A DNA stretch of 64,000 nt from Spirulina sp. (GCA_044070495.1 JBIPSI010000015.1:83215-147214), one strand, 5' to 3'; numbered from the stretch's first letter, positions 1 through 8,967 are shown. Notes: generated by a model not told the origin, from the sequence alone. A program made the numbers and translations.

Positions 1-1051
1 CGCTTGGATCGACGGGGTTTTCAATCCTGCCAAGGCTAGTTAGGGTGGCGATACTATTCTTGAGTGCATCCATTTGTACATCGCCAATGGTGGGATTAAG
101 GGCCTGCAACCCAGAGGGGCCAAGGAACATATAGACCACCTCTTTTTCAATGCCAGACCACTCTTGAATTTGGGCTGAAATTCCCTCAGGATCTTCCCGG
201 AACATTTGGTTGGCTTCTAGCACCGCCTTCAGGTAGGCCACCACAATTTCGGGATGTTCTTCGGCAAAGTCAGACCGTACGGTGATGCCATGGAGCGTGG
301 GGACGCCCGTTTGAGCACCATCAAAAATCTTCTTGGCAAAGCCCCGAAAAGGAAACAATTCACCGAAGGGGACAAAGTTGGCGTGGGCATCGATTTGCCC
401 GGTGCGTAGGCTAGATCCACCCACTTCGGGGGCTTGGCTAATCAGGTTGACATCGGTTTCGGGGTCTAGTCCGGCATCGCTAAGGGCCTTCAGCATCATC
501 CCGTGGGCGGCTGAACCAAAGGGAACTGACACCGTTCCACCCTTCAGATCCGCGAGAGATGTCACCTCGCTATCCTTGGGCACCATCACCGCATTACCTG
601 CGCCATTGGGACTGTAGGCCAAGGTGCCAATGAAAATCGCGTCGGAATCCTGGGCTTCCTGGGCAAATTTGATCAGGTTAATCACCGCCGGAAAGTCGCC
701 CATTAGGCCAATATCGATTTGATCAGCCAGCATTTTATTGGTGATCGGTGGCCCAGAGGTATAGCTAGACCATTGGATGTCGTACTCGACTCCGGCATAT
801 TCGCCATCCTTAGGCAGGTGCTTTTCTAGCAGCTCTAGTTCGCGTACAGCCGCTCCACCAACTGCTGTATTAATCACCTGATCTTGGGTGCCAATGGCGA
901 TACGAATGACCTTGCCAGAATTACCTGAAGACGCTGATTCTTCGCCTTCTGCTGGAACATTTGCTGTAGAGCAAGCACCTACAAAAAGCATAGATGCCGT
1001 TAGAAAACCAGCCGTAATTTTTTGCCGAGACCAACCCATTAAGCTCATCAT
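1..1051 (-). CDS. NitT/TauT-family ABC transporter substrate-binding lipoprotein (3' end runs off window)
   Basis: Manual translation MMSLMGWSRQKITAGFLTASMLFVGAC (lipobox), then IRIAIGTQD...FGSAAH typical of SsuA/TauA-like binding proteins; GAGGGAG RBS upstream. Confidence 0.8.
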   Translation of the reverse strand, partial: MMSLMGWSRQKITAGFLTASMLFVGACSTANVPAEGEESASSGNSGKVIRIAIGTQDQVINTAVGGAAVRELELLEKHLPKDGEYAGVEYDIQWSSYTSGPPITNKMLADQIDIGLMGDFPAVINLIKFAQEAQDSDAIFIGTLAYSPNGAGNAVMVPKDSEVTSLADLKGGTVSVPFGSAAHGMMLKALSDAGLDPETDVNLISQAPEVGGSSLRTGQIDAHANFVPFGELFPFRGFAKKIFDGAQTGVPTLHGITVRSDFAEEHPEIVVAYLKAVLEANQMFREDPEGISAQIQEWSGIEKEVVYMFLGPSGLQALNPTIGDVQMDALKNSIATLTSLGRIENPVDPS

Positions 1052-1198
1052 TAATTCATCTCCCTCAACGTTTGTCAGCCCTATTAAATCCATCGAATTT
1101 GGTGTGGGACTGTAAATAGAGATACATCTTTTGTGAATCCTGCCTTTTATCCATAAAAGTAATCTTTGGATTAATTTTATTTTTTTATCTATGGCTAA

Positions 1199-1229
1199 TA
1201 TTCGTTGATTGATGGATAATCAACGAATA
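1199..1229. promoter_or_regulatory. Perfect 12-bp inverted repeat in AT-rich upstream region, candidate operator or hairpin
   Basis: TATTCGTTGATT-N7-AATCAACGAATA. Confidence 0.4.
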
Positions 1230-1556
1230 CCTACAGTCTGCTGATCGATCAGGCCGATGGTTGAGAGGGTGCTAATACTGGAGTAGTCTGACGGCGGGGC
1301 GTGAATGAGGTCGAGGAGCCATCGTTCACGCGAGGCGACCCATGGGGCAGACCGTAGCGAGTATCAGCAAAACGGCCAAGACCAAGGAGTCGCTACGCTA
1401 GCCTATTCCTAGGGAGATAGGGCCTTGGCCTCGGCAAAATAGCCGCCCATCCCGTGGAGAAATGAGCGGCCCCCAGATCTGAGGTTTGAGTAGGCGTTTT
1501 ATACATTAGGGGCTTATCCGCACCCTATCTAAGCGGCCAAAAGCCTTGAACGTCAA

Positions 1557-1643
1557 CGGAGAGGGAGGGATTCGAACCCTCGTTAGGTTTGACCCTAAAA
1601 CAGATTTCGAGTCTGCCGCATTCAACCACTCTGCCACCTCTCC
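1557..1643 (-). tRNA. trnS: tRNA-Ser(CGA)
   Basis: Reverse complement GGAGAGGTGGCAGAGTGG...GCAGA-CTCGAAA-TCTGT, long variable arm, GGTTCGAATCC T-loop, acceptor stem GGAGAGG/CCTCTCC. Confidence 0.97.
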
Positions 1644-1771
1644 TGGTGGTGAGTGATATTTTACCCTCTGATTAGGTCTTTCCGGTGGAAATTCTGTGGG
1701 AAATTCCTATCAGAGGGCGTTGTACCCCCTGAACTTCTTGGTGTTGGCGACCTAGTTTCTATGGAGCCAGA

Positions 1772-2098
1772 TTAAAGGGCCAGCAGTTGATCGAGGGCGT
1801 CGAGGGCCTCGCAGGGAGGAGAAGAGGCCGAGGTGGTGGGCAGGCCACCGTAGACAGGGACGGTTTGGCCGTAGGTTGCTCTCCCCTCAGCCAGGGATCG
1901 TGGCGGCCAAGGGGACGGGCTAGGGCGACCATGGAGGTAGTCGTCGCAGTATTTGCGAAAGACGGCTTCCACAGCGGCACGGGCATTTTTGAGACCCCAC
2001 TCGGCGGCGATGCGCTCGGCTTTTTCCAGCACATCGGGGCTGAGTCGAACTTTGTTGTCGGCCCTAGTGGGGGCGGTTTCACGGATAACGTTGGCCAT
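1772..2098 (-). CDS. Small ParR/CorR-like protein (ribbon-helix-helix-like N-terminus, Pro-rich linker, short C-terminal helix)
   Basis: 2 nt downstream of the parM-like stop; KVRLSPDVLEKAERIAAEWGL-KNARAAVEAVF fits an RHH pattern; ends EALDALDQLLAL. Confidence 0.6.
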   Translation of the reverse strand: MANVIRETAPTRADNKVRLSPDVLEKAERIAAEWGLKNARAAVEAVFRKYCDDYLHGRPSPSPWPPRSLAEGRATYGQTVPVYGGLPTTSASSPPCEALDALDQLLAL

Positions 2099-2100
2099 GG

Positions 2101-3159
2101 CTAGATCTCTCCGGCGGTGAGCAACAAGCCGCGCACGTTGGCAAATTGGGGGTCGCCCATGACGGCAAACAGGGGGTGGCCCTGGAGGCGGTCGGCAATT
2201 AGGTGGGAGCCGCCGCCGGTGACCAAAAAGCGGGTGACGCGGGGCATGTAGGGGGTGTATTGGGCCTTCACGGTTTGGAAAATGCCCTTAAACCAGGGGT
2301 CAAGGTATTCGTCAAGCCAGTCGGCCCAAGCAAGATCAGTGTCGGCGTAGGTGTGATCGACGCGGAAGCCATCCATGACAATGCAGGGGTCGGCGCTGCT
2401 GCCCAGGACATCGGTGAGGCGACGGTCGAAGCTGATGGCAACGGCCAGTTCGTAGGTGCCGCCCCGATCTAGGATGTTTTCGTCAATCACTTCGCTGTCG
2501 GCATCCACCAATCGGGTGAGCCAAGTGCCGCCGCCAATGTCGATGACGATGGTGTAGCCGTGGTCGGGAATTTGGCCCTGAGCCTTGGCATAGTAGTAGG
2601 CTCCCATGCCTTCGCGCTCCACCGTCACGCTTTCGACGATGACGCGGAAGTCGAGGCCGTTGCGGTTAAATTCGTGCAGACCCAACAGCTCGGTCTGAAT
2701 TGCGTCCCCGTTGCGCAGGGGGTCGGGGGTGGAGGCCAGCAGGTTAAGGCCGTATTCTGTGACGCCTCCCGCCAGCGGTTCTAGGCAGGCGTAGAGGTGC
2801 AGGCGGGCCAGATCCACCTTGTTTTCGATCACCGTTTGCTGCTGCCGACGGTATTTATAGGACTGCGCTCCAAAGTGGTAGCGGCGGCCATCGGGCAGTT
2901 CAATCAACGGCGAAGCATCGGAATAGCTAACGGCATCGCGCCCCTGGGGCAGTTGGTAGCGCACGGATCGAATCGCCTTGGGATGACGCTGGCCATTGCA
3001 GAATTTGAGGTCATAGTTGCCAGCATCCAGGGCCAGAATGGGCGTGGTGGCCAAGGGTTGGACGGTGCGGGTTTTGGTGGCCGCTTTTTTGGCGGTGGTT
3101 GTACGACCGCTGGCCGCAGCGGTGGTTGAAGAAACACTGGTGGAAACAGTGGTAGTCAT
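2101..3159 (-). CDS. ParM/StbA-family actin-like ATPase
   Basis: Actin phosphate-1 motif LDAGNYDLK, phosphate-2 IDIGGGT, adenosine motif VTGGG, C-terminal PQFANVRGL; start taken at ATG 3159. Confidence 0.85.
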   Translation of the reverse strand: MTTTVSTSVSSTTAAASGRTTTAKKAATKTRTVQPLATTPILALDAGNYDLKFCNGQRHPKAIRSVRYQLPQGRDAVSYSDASPLIELPDGRRYHFGAQSYKYRRQQQTVIENKVDLARLHLYACLEPLAGGVTEYGLNLLASTPDPLRNGDAIQTELLGLHEFNRNGLDFRVIVESVTVEREGMGAYYYAKAQGQIPDHGYTIVIDIGGGTWLTRLVDADSEVIDENILDRGGTYELAVAISFDRRLTDVLGSSADPCIVMDGFRVDHTYADTDLAWADWLDEYLDPWFKGIFQTVKAQYTPYMPRVTRFLVTGGGSHLIADRLQGHPLFAVMGDPQFANVRGLLLTAGEI

Positions 3160-3259
3160 AGGGCTTGTGTTGTGGGACGACAGGGGGGACGGCTGTCCCC
3201 ATAAGTACACTTGAATTACTTTAGTTTACTTGTACTATTCTGGCAAGCCCTAAATCTTG

Positions 3260-3284
3260 CTAGGGTGGGCAGTGCCCACCCTGC
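3260..3284. repeat. REP-like palindrome (GGTGGGCA-TGCCCACC family) forming the helicase C-terminus and stop
   Basis: CTAGGGTGGGCAGTGCCCACCCTGC; related copies at 22921, 26619, 39172, 50755. Confidence 0.75.
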
Positions 3285-5692
3285 GGGGTCTGGTGCTGAT
3301 CTAGCCAGGTAGTGAGGGGAGGAATGACTGGACAGGGGCGGGCTGCTTGCAGGTTGTCGGGTTTGCTCCAGGTGAAGGGGGCTTGCTGGGCGGCGGAGAG
3401 CCACAGCAGCCGTTTGGCGCGGGTCATGGCGACGTAGAGGAGGCGGTATTCTTCGGCGGTTTTGAGGGCTTTGGCCTGATCCCAAGCGGCGAGGGTGTCG
3501 GGGATGGGGGCGTTGGTGTAGGTCGTAAGGCTGGGATCTGAGGGTGTTTGAGGGGTGCTGAATGGATTCGTGATTCCCTGATTCGTGTGGGTTTGATTTC
3601 CGTGGACAGGATCGATGTGGGATTGGTGGGCGTGGGCGCGGATTTGGGCGCGGGCCACTTCGGACAGTGAAAAGTCGCCCAGGAACTTGGTTTGGGGCGG
3701 CACCCACAGTTCGCCGGGGATGGTTTTTTCGTGCAGAAAGGGCAGAAACACCACGTCCCAATCTAGCCCCTTGGCCTTGTGCATGGTGATGATCGTGACC
3801 TGGCCGGGGCGGGTGTAGATCGAGTCGGTGTCCTCGGTTTCCACCGCCGTGAAGCGCTCGGAGCCGACGATCTCTTGCAGGACTTCGATGGCGGCGGTGA
3901 GGGTATTGTTTTGGCTAATCTGCTGGCTGACGCGGGCCGCAAGCTTGTCGGCGGTGGCCAGTTCGCTTTGGTTGTAGCCCAGGGTTAGCCCCAAAAAGGG
4001 AAACAGGCTGTAGGGCGACAGTTCCAACCGGGCGCGGAGCAGGCCCGTACAGAAGCGGCGGGCGGTGCGGGCGGCGTCGGTATTGGGGGGCGTATCCAGG
4101 GGGCCGGGGTAGAGGAACTGCTCTGGGGCTTGGGCCAAGAGGTTGAGGTCTTGGGTGGGCACCCGCTGGCGATCCACCAGTACCCGCAGGGCTTCCTTGA
4201 GGGCATCGGGGGAATGGGGCCGATCAATAAACCGCATCAGGGCCAGCATGTCCTCCGGCACTTGGGTTTGCCGATCCTGGTCGCCCACGTCGTAGATGGG
4301 CAATCCGAGGGCAGCCAAATCTACCCCTACCTCCTCCGCATCCCGCAACCGTTGGGCGACGTACTGCCCCTGGCGACCCTCCCGCACCAAAATGGCAAAG
4401 CTGAGGTCAGGATTTTCGACAAATGCCTCCTGCACCCGCTGGGCAATCAGGCGCACGGAATCCTGGATGGTGGGCGGCGTGTGAACTTCCAGGCCCGCAC
4501 CGAGGGCTTCTGGGTTGGCGTTGGGTTGGGGGTCGTCTACGGGGACGGGGTGGATAGCCTGATCTCGAAAGGGCACGATATCACCTATCACCTGGGTACG
4601 GTTGGCCCAATTCAGCAGACGGTTGGCGGCTTCCATAATCAGGGCGGTGCTGCGTCCCGCCTGATCCATGGTGACAAGGTGATCCTGGCGGCGGCAGATT
4701 TCACAAAACTGGTTAAAGAAAACCGGGTCGGCGGGGGTGAAGGTGGAGTTAATCGCCTGGTTGGGGTCGCCCACCCGCACTAGGTTCGGTTCGGCATCGG
4801 GATCGTCGGGGTTGCCCGCCAGCAGGGTCAGCAACCGAGTTTGCAGGGGCGAAGAATCCTGGGCCTCGTCCTCAAATACGGCAAACACGCGAGCCTGCCA
4901 AAAGCGCAGGGTAGTCGGATCCGCCAGGGTACGCAGGGCGGCGAGGATCATGTCGTCGTAGTCGATGAAGCTGCGCTCCTGCATCAGGGCTTGGTAGCGC
5001 TCGTAGAGTCCGGCGGCAATGGCAAGGATGTCGTAATCGACTTGGCCCTCGGTGTAACGATGGTCGAGGGATTGAGCCAATTCCATCACCTGATCAGGCA
5101 GTAGGCCAGAACTCTTGGCCTCCCGAATCACCGTATCCGCCAAGCTGGGCAACACCTCCGTCCGCAACACCGACTGCCGCCGCAGAATCTCGGTTTCCTC
5201 CCCATCCAACTGCGCCCCCTCCAGCAACCGTTGGTACAGGGCCGGATTCGCCCCAATCCACTGCTCCACGGCATGGCGAACCAGCCGATGATTTTGGGCC
5301 GGAGACACCAGGGTGAGGCTATCTAAACTGAGGTTAGATAGCTCTGGGTTGCGGGTAGCAATGGTGAGGGCCAGCCCGTGCAGAGTAGAGACCGTGAAAC
5401 TGGTCTGGGGTAGCTTCAGGCGTTTCAAATGGCCGCGCACCTTGGCCTTGAGGTTCGCCGCTGCGGAACGGGTAAAGGTCACCAACACCAACTGGCGGTT
5501 CAAATGCAGTTGATAGCGGGCGATGGTCAACGCCGCCGCCGCCGCCATCCCCGTCGATTTGCCCGAACCGGGCACCGCCGACACCGCCAAACTGCCCCCC
5601 GCCCAGTCGGCCAGTTCCCGCTGCCCCTGGCGCAGGCTGGCGTAGATATCCTGGAGGATCGTCTCTCGGTCGGGGGCATCAGTACACATCAT
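3260..5692 (-). CDS. UvrD/Rep-family ATP-dependent DNA helicase
   Basis: AVPGSGKS Walker A, EDEAQDS, VGDPNQAI, TMHKAKGLDW, YVAMTRAK motifs; start uncertain and overlaps the toxin 3' end. Confidence 0.9.
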   Translation of the reverse strand: MMCTDAPDRETILQDIYASLRQGQRELADWAGGSLAVSAVPGSGKSTGMAAAAALTIARYQLHLNRQLVLVTFTRSAAANLKAKVRGHLKRLKLPQTSFTVSTLHGLALTIATRNPELSNLSLDSLTLVSPAQNHRLVRHAVEQWIGANPALYQRLLEGAQLDGEETEILRRQSVLRTEVLPSLADTVIREAKSSGLLPDQVMELAQSLDHRYTEGQVDYDILAIAAGLYERYQALMQERSFIDYDDMILAALRTLADPTTLRFWQARVFAVFEDEAQDSSPLQTRLLTLLAGNPDDPDAEPNLVRVGDPNQAINSTFTPADPVFFNQFCEICRRQDHLVTMDQAGRSTALIMEAANRLLNWANRTQVIGDIVPFRDQAIHPVPVDDPQPNANPEALGAGLEVHTPPTIQDSVRLIAQRVQEAFVENPDLSFAILVREGRQGQYVAQRLRDAEEVGVDLAALGLPIYDVGDQDRQTQVPEDMLALMRFIDRPHSPDALKEALRVLVDRQRVPTQDLNLLAQAPEQFLYPGPLDTPPNTDAARTARRFCTGLLRARLELSPYSLFPFLGLTLGYNQSELATADKLAARVSQQISQNNTLTAAIEVLQEIVGSERFTAVETEDTDSIYTRPGQVTIITMHKAKGLDWDVVFLPFLHEKTIPGELWVPPQTKFLGDFSLSEVARAQIRAHAHQSHIDPVHGNQTHTNQGITNPFSTPQTPSDPSLTTYTNAPIPDTLAAWDQAKALKTAEEYRLLYVAMTRAKRLLWLSAAQQAPFTWSKPDNLQAARPCPVIPPLTTWLDQHQTPQGGHCPP

Positions 5693-5966
5693 CGTGGGAG
5701 CCAAGATTTAACAACAAAATTGATTGCCCTTGTGACTCTGCATCATCACCCACAAACTCAAACAAAATTCTCAGCTTGTAATCAATTGAAGCTGACCAGA
5801 TTCCAGCTAAATCTCCTGTTAATTTATGGGTCTGCAAACTAGGATGAAAAGGGTCTTCAGCGAGTTGATTTAGTGTTCTTTCAATCGCAGGACGCAAATC
5901 CGGGTTACGTTTGACTAACCGCTTCAAGGCTCTCAACGATTTGGGAGTCCAGCCAATTTGCCTCAT
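5679..5966 (-). CDS. Type II toxin, RelE/YafQ-like mRNA interferase
   Basis: DPFHPSLQTHKLTGDL...LGSHDDVY, typical of YafQ-like RelE superfamily toxins. Confidence 0.85.
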   Translation of the reverse strand: MRQIGWTPKSLRALKRLVKRNPDLRPAIERTLNQLAEDPFHPSLQTHKLTGDLAGIWSASIDYKLRILFEFVGDDAESQGQSILLLNLGSHDDVY

Positions 5967-6181
5967 TTGTCTAACTCAGCCATGAAGTCAGCAACGGTGC
6001 CAAATGTTACTTGTCCCTGAGCATATTCCTGCCGAACTTCAGTAATCTCACTCATCAATACTTTTCGTCGTTGCTCGATGAGGCGCTTTTGAAGAAGTTC
6101 GAGTAGAGCTTCCTGATCATTCAATGACAAGGTTTCAATTGTTTCAATTGCCTTCTGAAAAGTAGAGGATTGTTCAGGCAT
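5963..6181 (-). CDS. Putative antitoxin partner of the YafQ-like toxin
   Basis: 72 aa acidic protein, ATGA overlap with toxin, ends GTVADFMAELD. Confidence 0.75.
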   Translation of the reverse strand: MPEQSSTFQKAIETIETLSLNDQEALLELLQKRLIEQRRKVLMSEITEVRQEYAQGQVTFGTVADFMAELDK

Positions 6182-6205
6182 AGTAGTACTCCAAAATGCG
6201 TTAAG

Positions 6206-6289
6206 TTAATTGCACTGTTCTTGATTGACAGCAGCTAGGGTTTTGACCCGAAGTTGGGCATCATTAAGGGTAGGAGCAAAATCTGTCAT
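6206..6289 (-). pseudogene. Possible stranded former N-terminus of the UvrD helicase (27-codon ORF)
   Basis: MTDFAPTLNDAQLRVKTL aligns loosely with helicase TDAPDRETIL (AATGATGCCC vs ACTGATGCCC); similarity ends at CCCTAG. Confidence 0.4.
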
Positions 6290-6310
6290 GGGGTTTCTCT
6301 CTGCATAGAA

Positions 6311-6544
6311 TCAACCAACCTCATCTAGCTCAGGAATATATTCAGCTTCGTAATTTTCAATTAAGACACCAATCACATCCATCATTGAAGCAAGGGGATG
6401 GGTCTCATCTTCACCGACCTGATCAATTAAACCATCTAGCAATTCAACTAACTGCTCATATTGTTGCTCGGTGTGCGGAACAAAAACAGTCCTGGCAATT
6501 GAATTCCAGGCTCTAATTGTGTTGTCCAGATCGAGACTTAGCAT
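6311..6544 (-). CDS. HigA-like antitoxin, N-terminal domain only (no HTH)
   Basis: PHTEQQYEQLVELLDGLID...HPLASMMDVIGVLIENYE matches the HigA toxin-binding domain; overlaps the higB stop. Confidence 0.7.
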   Translation of the reverse strand: MLSLDLDNTIRAWNSIARTVFVPHTEQQYEQLVELLDGLIDQVGEDETHPLASMMDVIGVLIENYEAEYIPELDEVG

Positions 6545-6831
6545 AATTTCTTCCACCTCTTTTCGTCATATTCTGCATGAGTCAACACAGCCCGAATGTA
6601 AACCTTTCTTCGATTGTAGTGAATTGCTGCAATGAGCCTAACCTGATTGCCTCCAATATTGAAAACTGTCAACTTTCCAACCTGATCAGCCGATGGAAAT
6701 AATTCACGTAACTCAACAAATGACGAAAACTTGTTCTGCTTAATAAGTCTGTACCATTGAGCTAGAGCGTTCTTGACCTCTGGATGAAGTTTGGCAAATT
6801 CGTTAAGCCGCCTACGAGTAATCACATGCAT
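6538..6831 (-). CDS. higB: HigB-family toxin
   Basis: MHVITRRRLNEF...FPSADQVGKLTVFNIGGN...LTHAEYD. Confidence 0.88.
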   Translation of the reverse strand: MHVITRRRLNEFAKLHPEVKNALAQWYRLIKQNKFSSFVELRELFPSADQVGKLTVFNIGGNQVRLIAAIHYNRRKVYIRAVLTHAEYDEKRWKKLC

Positions 6832-6903
6832 ATTAATTCGTCCATATTCACTTTGCCATCGGTTCTCCCCGCCACCTTCCTATTTCCTAGCTCCTGATAC
6901 CTT

Positions 6904-8631
6904 TTATCCTTCTCCCAGCCGCAACACTTTGGGATGATAGGCATACAACGATTCTCGGTGGCCAACGCTGATGTAGGTGGTGCCTGTGTGCTGAAGGTGG
7001 TCGTAGAGCTGGGCTTCGTTGGCGAGGTCGAGGGCGCTGGTGGCTTCATCCAAAATGGCGAAGGCGGGCTGGTTCAGCAAAAGGCGGGCAAAGGTGAGCC
7101 GCTGTTGTTCCCCTAGAGACAGCACATCACCCCATTCTTCTACGGCTTCAAAGCCGCCAAAACGTTCGGCTAGGTCGGCCAGGTTAACCTTCTCTAGGGC
7201 CGCTTGCAGGGTGGTGTCGTCCACATCGGGGCTGGCGTGGGGATAGAGGAGTTGATCCCGCAGGGAACCGAGGATCATGTAGGGCTTTTGGGGCAAAAAC
7301 AGCACGTTATCTAAGTCTGGGCGCTGGATGGTGCCGCTGCCGGATTGCCACAGTCCCGCAATGGCCCGCAGGAGAGAACTTTTGCCGCAGCCGCTTGGCC
7401 CCACAATCAGCAATCCAGCTTGGGCGGGCACCTCTAGGGAGAGGTGTTGGATCAGGGTGCGCTGGTAGTTGGGGGTTTGTAGGGTGAGGTTTTCGAGGGC
7501 GATGCGGTTGCTGGGTTTTAGGGTGATGAGGGGTTTTTCGGAATGGGACGGATCTTGATGGGTGGATTCCGTTTCTGGCTCGGCCAATGGCTCTGCCTCG
7601 ACCCTCTGATCGGTGGCCAATTCTTCGTGATTGAGGGCTTCGGCAAAGCTGTATAAACGGTCGATGCCTGCGCCAAAGGAGGTCAGTTCTTGGAAACGGG
7701 CCACGATGATATTGAGGGAGAAAAACACCCGCACAAAGGCCCCCTGGGCTTCGGAGACTTTGCCTACTTCCAAATCTCCTGAAAACACCGCTGGCGCTAC
7801 GACTATGGCAGGCAGCACAAAGGGGATAAACTCGTAGGCATTGGTGAGGGCGTTAAGATTGAGTTCCCAGATAATGAGGCGCTTGAAGTTCTCAAAGGCT
7901 TCTAAAAAGCGGTTATTCACCTGGCTAGCTTCCTGGGCTTCTCCTCGATAAAAGGCGATGGCCTCAGCATTTTCACGAATGCGAACCAGGCTAAAACGAA
8001 AGTTTGCTTCCTTTTTAAGCTGCTGGAAATTTAGTCGTACTAAGGGTTGCCCGAAAATTAGCACCGTCACCAACGTACCCAGCAGGGCATAGAGCACCAA
8101 AAATCCGACTAAACTTTTAGAAATGCCCAACAGTACACCGCTGAAAGCAATTACTTGCAACACCGAACTCACCACCACCAGCAACAGGGCGAGGGATTGC
8201 TGGGTGAAGTTTTTGACGTCTTCGGCGATACGTTGGTCGGGGTTGTCAATGTCGGGTTGAAATTGCTGAATATTGTAAAAGGCGCGATCTCGAAAATAAT
8301 CTGCCACAAACCGTCCCGTCAGCCAGCGCCGCCACTCTAAGCCCAGCCGCTTTTGCAGATAGTCGTACCCGGCCAGCAGGGGCGCATAGGCCACCAGCAC
8401 CGCAATGAACACCCACACCGTTTCCCAAAAGCGGGCCTCATCCTGGGCAGAGAGGGCCGAAATTAGCACCCCCCGCTTGTTGTTGAGCACCACACTCAGT
8501 CCGGTGTAGCCCAGCAAGAAGACGGCGATCAGCAGCAGCAGCCCCCCCGCTTTCCACTTTTCTTCCCCCAGCCAGTAGGTTTTTGCAATCGTCCAAAACC
8601 GCCGAAAGCCCGTCAGGTTAAATCGTTCCAT
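6904..8631 (-). CDS. ABC transporter fused permease/ATP-binding protein (YddA/ABCD-like)
   Basis: DNPDQRIAED, ENAEAIAFY, GPSGCGKS, LSLGEQQR, LDEATSALD; AGGAGAGG RBS before ATG 8631. Confidence 0.9.
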   Translation of the reverse strand: MERFNLTGFRRFWTIAKTYWLGEEKWKAGGLLLLIAVFLLGYTGLSVVLNNKRGVLISALSAQDEARFWETVWVFIAVLVAYAPLLAGYDYLQKRLGLEWRRWLTGRFVADYFRDRAFYNIQQFQPDIDNPDQRIAEDVKNFTQQSLALLLVVVSSVLQVIAFSGVLLGISKSLVGFLVLYALLGTLVTVLIFGQPLVRLNFQQLKKEANFRFSLVRIRENAEAIAFYRGEAQEASQVNNRFLEAFENFKRLIIWELNLNALTNAYEFIPFVLPAIVVAPAVFSGDLEVGKVSEAQGAFVRVFFSLNIIVARFQELTSFGAGIDRLYSFAEALNHEELATDQRVEAEPLAEPETESTHQDPSHSEKPLITLKPSNRIALENLTLQTPNYQRTLIQHLSLEVPAQAGLLIVGPSGCGKSSLLRAIAGLWQSGSGTIQRPDLDNVLFLPQKPYMILGSLRDQLLYPHASPDVDDTTLQAALEKVNLADLAERFGGFEAVEEWGDVLSLGEQQRLTFARLLLNQPAFAILDEATSALDLANEAQLYDHLQHTGTTYISVGHRESLYAYHPKVLRLGEG

Positions 8632-8709
8632 CGGGTGGTCACCTCTCCTTAGGCCAGCAGCGTACTGGATTGATTGTACAAAGCGGCCCAGCCCTTCACC
8701 CAGAAGACT

Positions 8710-8838
8710 CTGGTGGACTGACAAAACTTGCGGGAACCCAGATTCGCCAAAGGGTCAGGAGACCTCCCCCTACATGAATCCAATAGGGTAGGGGCGCGGT
8801 TTCCGTGTCCGACGCAGGATCTCTTGTCAGTCCACCAG
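8710..8838. mobile_element. 129-bp MITE-like element, copy 1
   Basis: 14-bp terminal inverted repeats CTGGTGGACTGACA/TGTCAGTCCACCAG; homologous to 16464-16592. Confidence 0.7.
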
Positions 8839-8967
8839 CAGAAAACCTGTCGCCGTCCCCCAAAATAGGGGGATCTAGCTCAGCCAGATCCCCCCTATGC
8901 ACATCCGTCCCCGCGCCGATAGAAACGCCGTTTAGTTTGCCCGACGACGCGACTCAGCCGTGGATAG

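Noticed and set aside
1260..1480. Guanidine, TPP or cobalamin riboswitch upstream of the ABC binding protein
   Set aside because: Hallmark conserved motifs not found; kept only as an unassigned structured RNA candidate
1557..6900. Integrative element at tRNA-Ser carrying parM and TA genes
   Set aside because: These genes lie on the 5' side of the tRNA; no integrase or duplicated tRNA end seen
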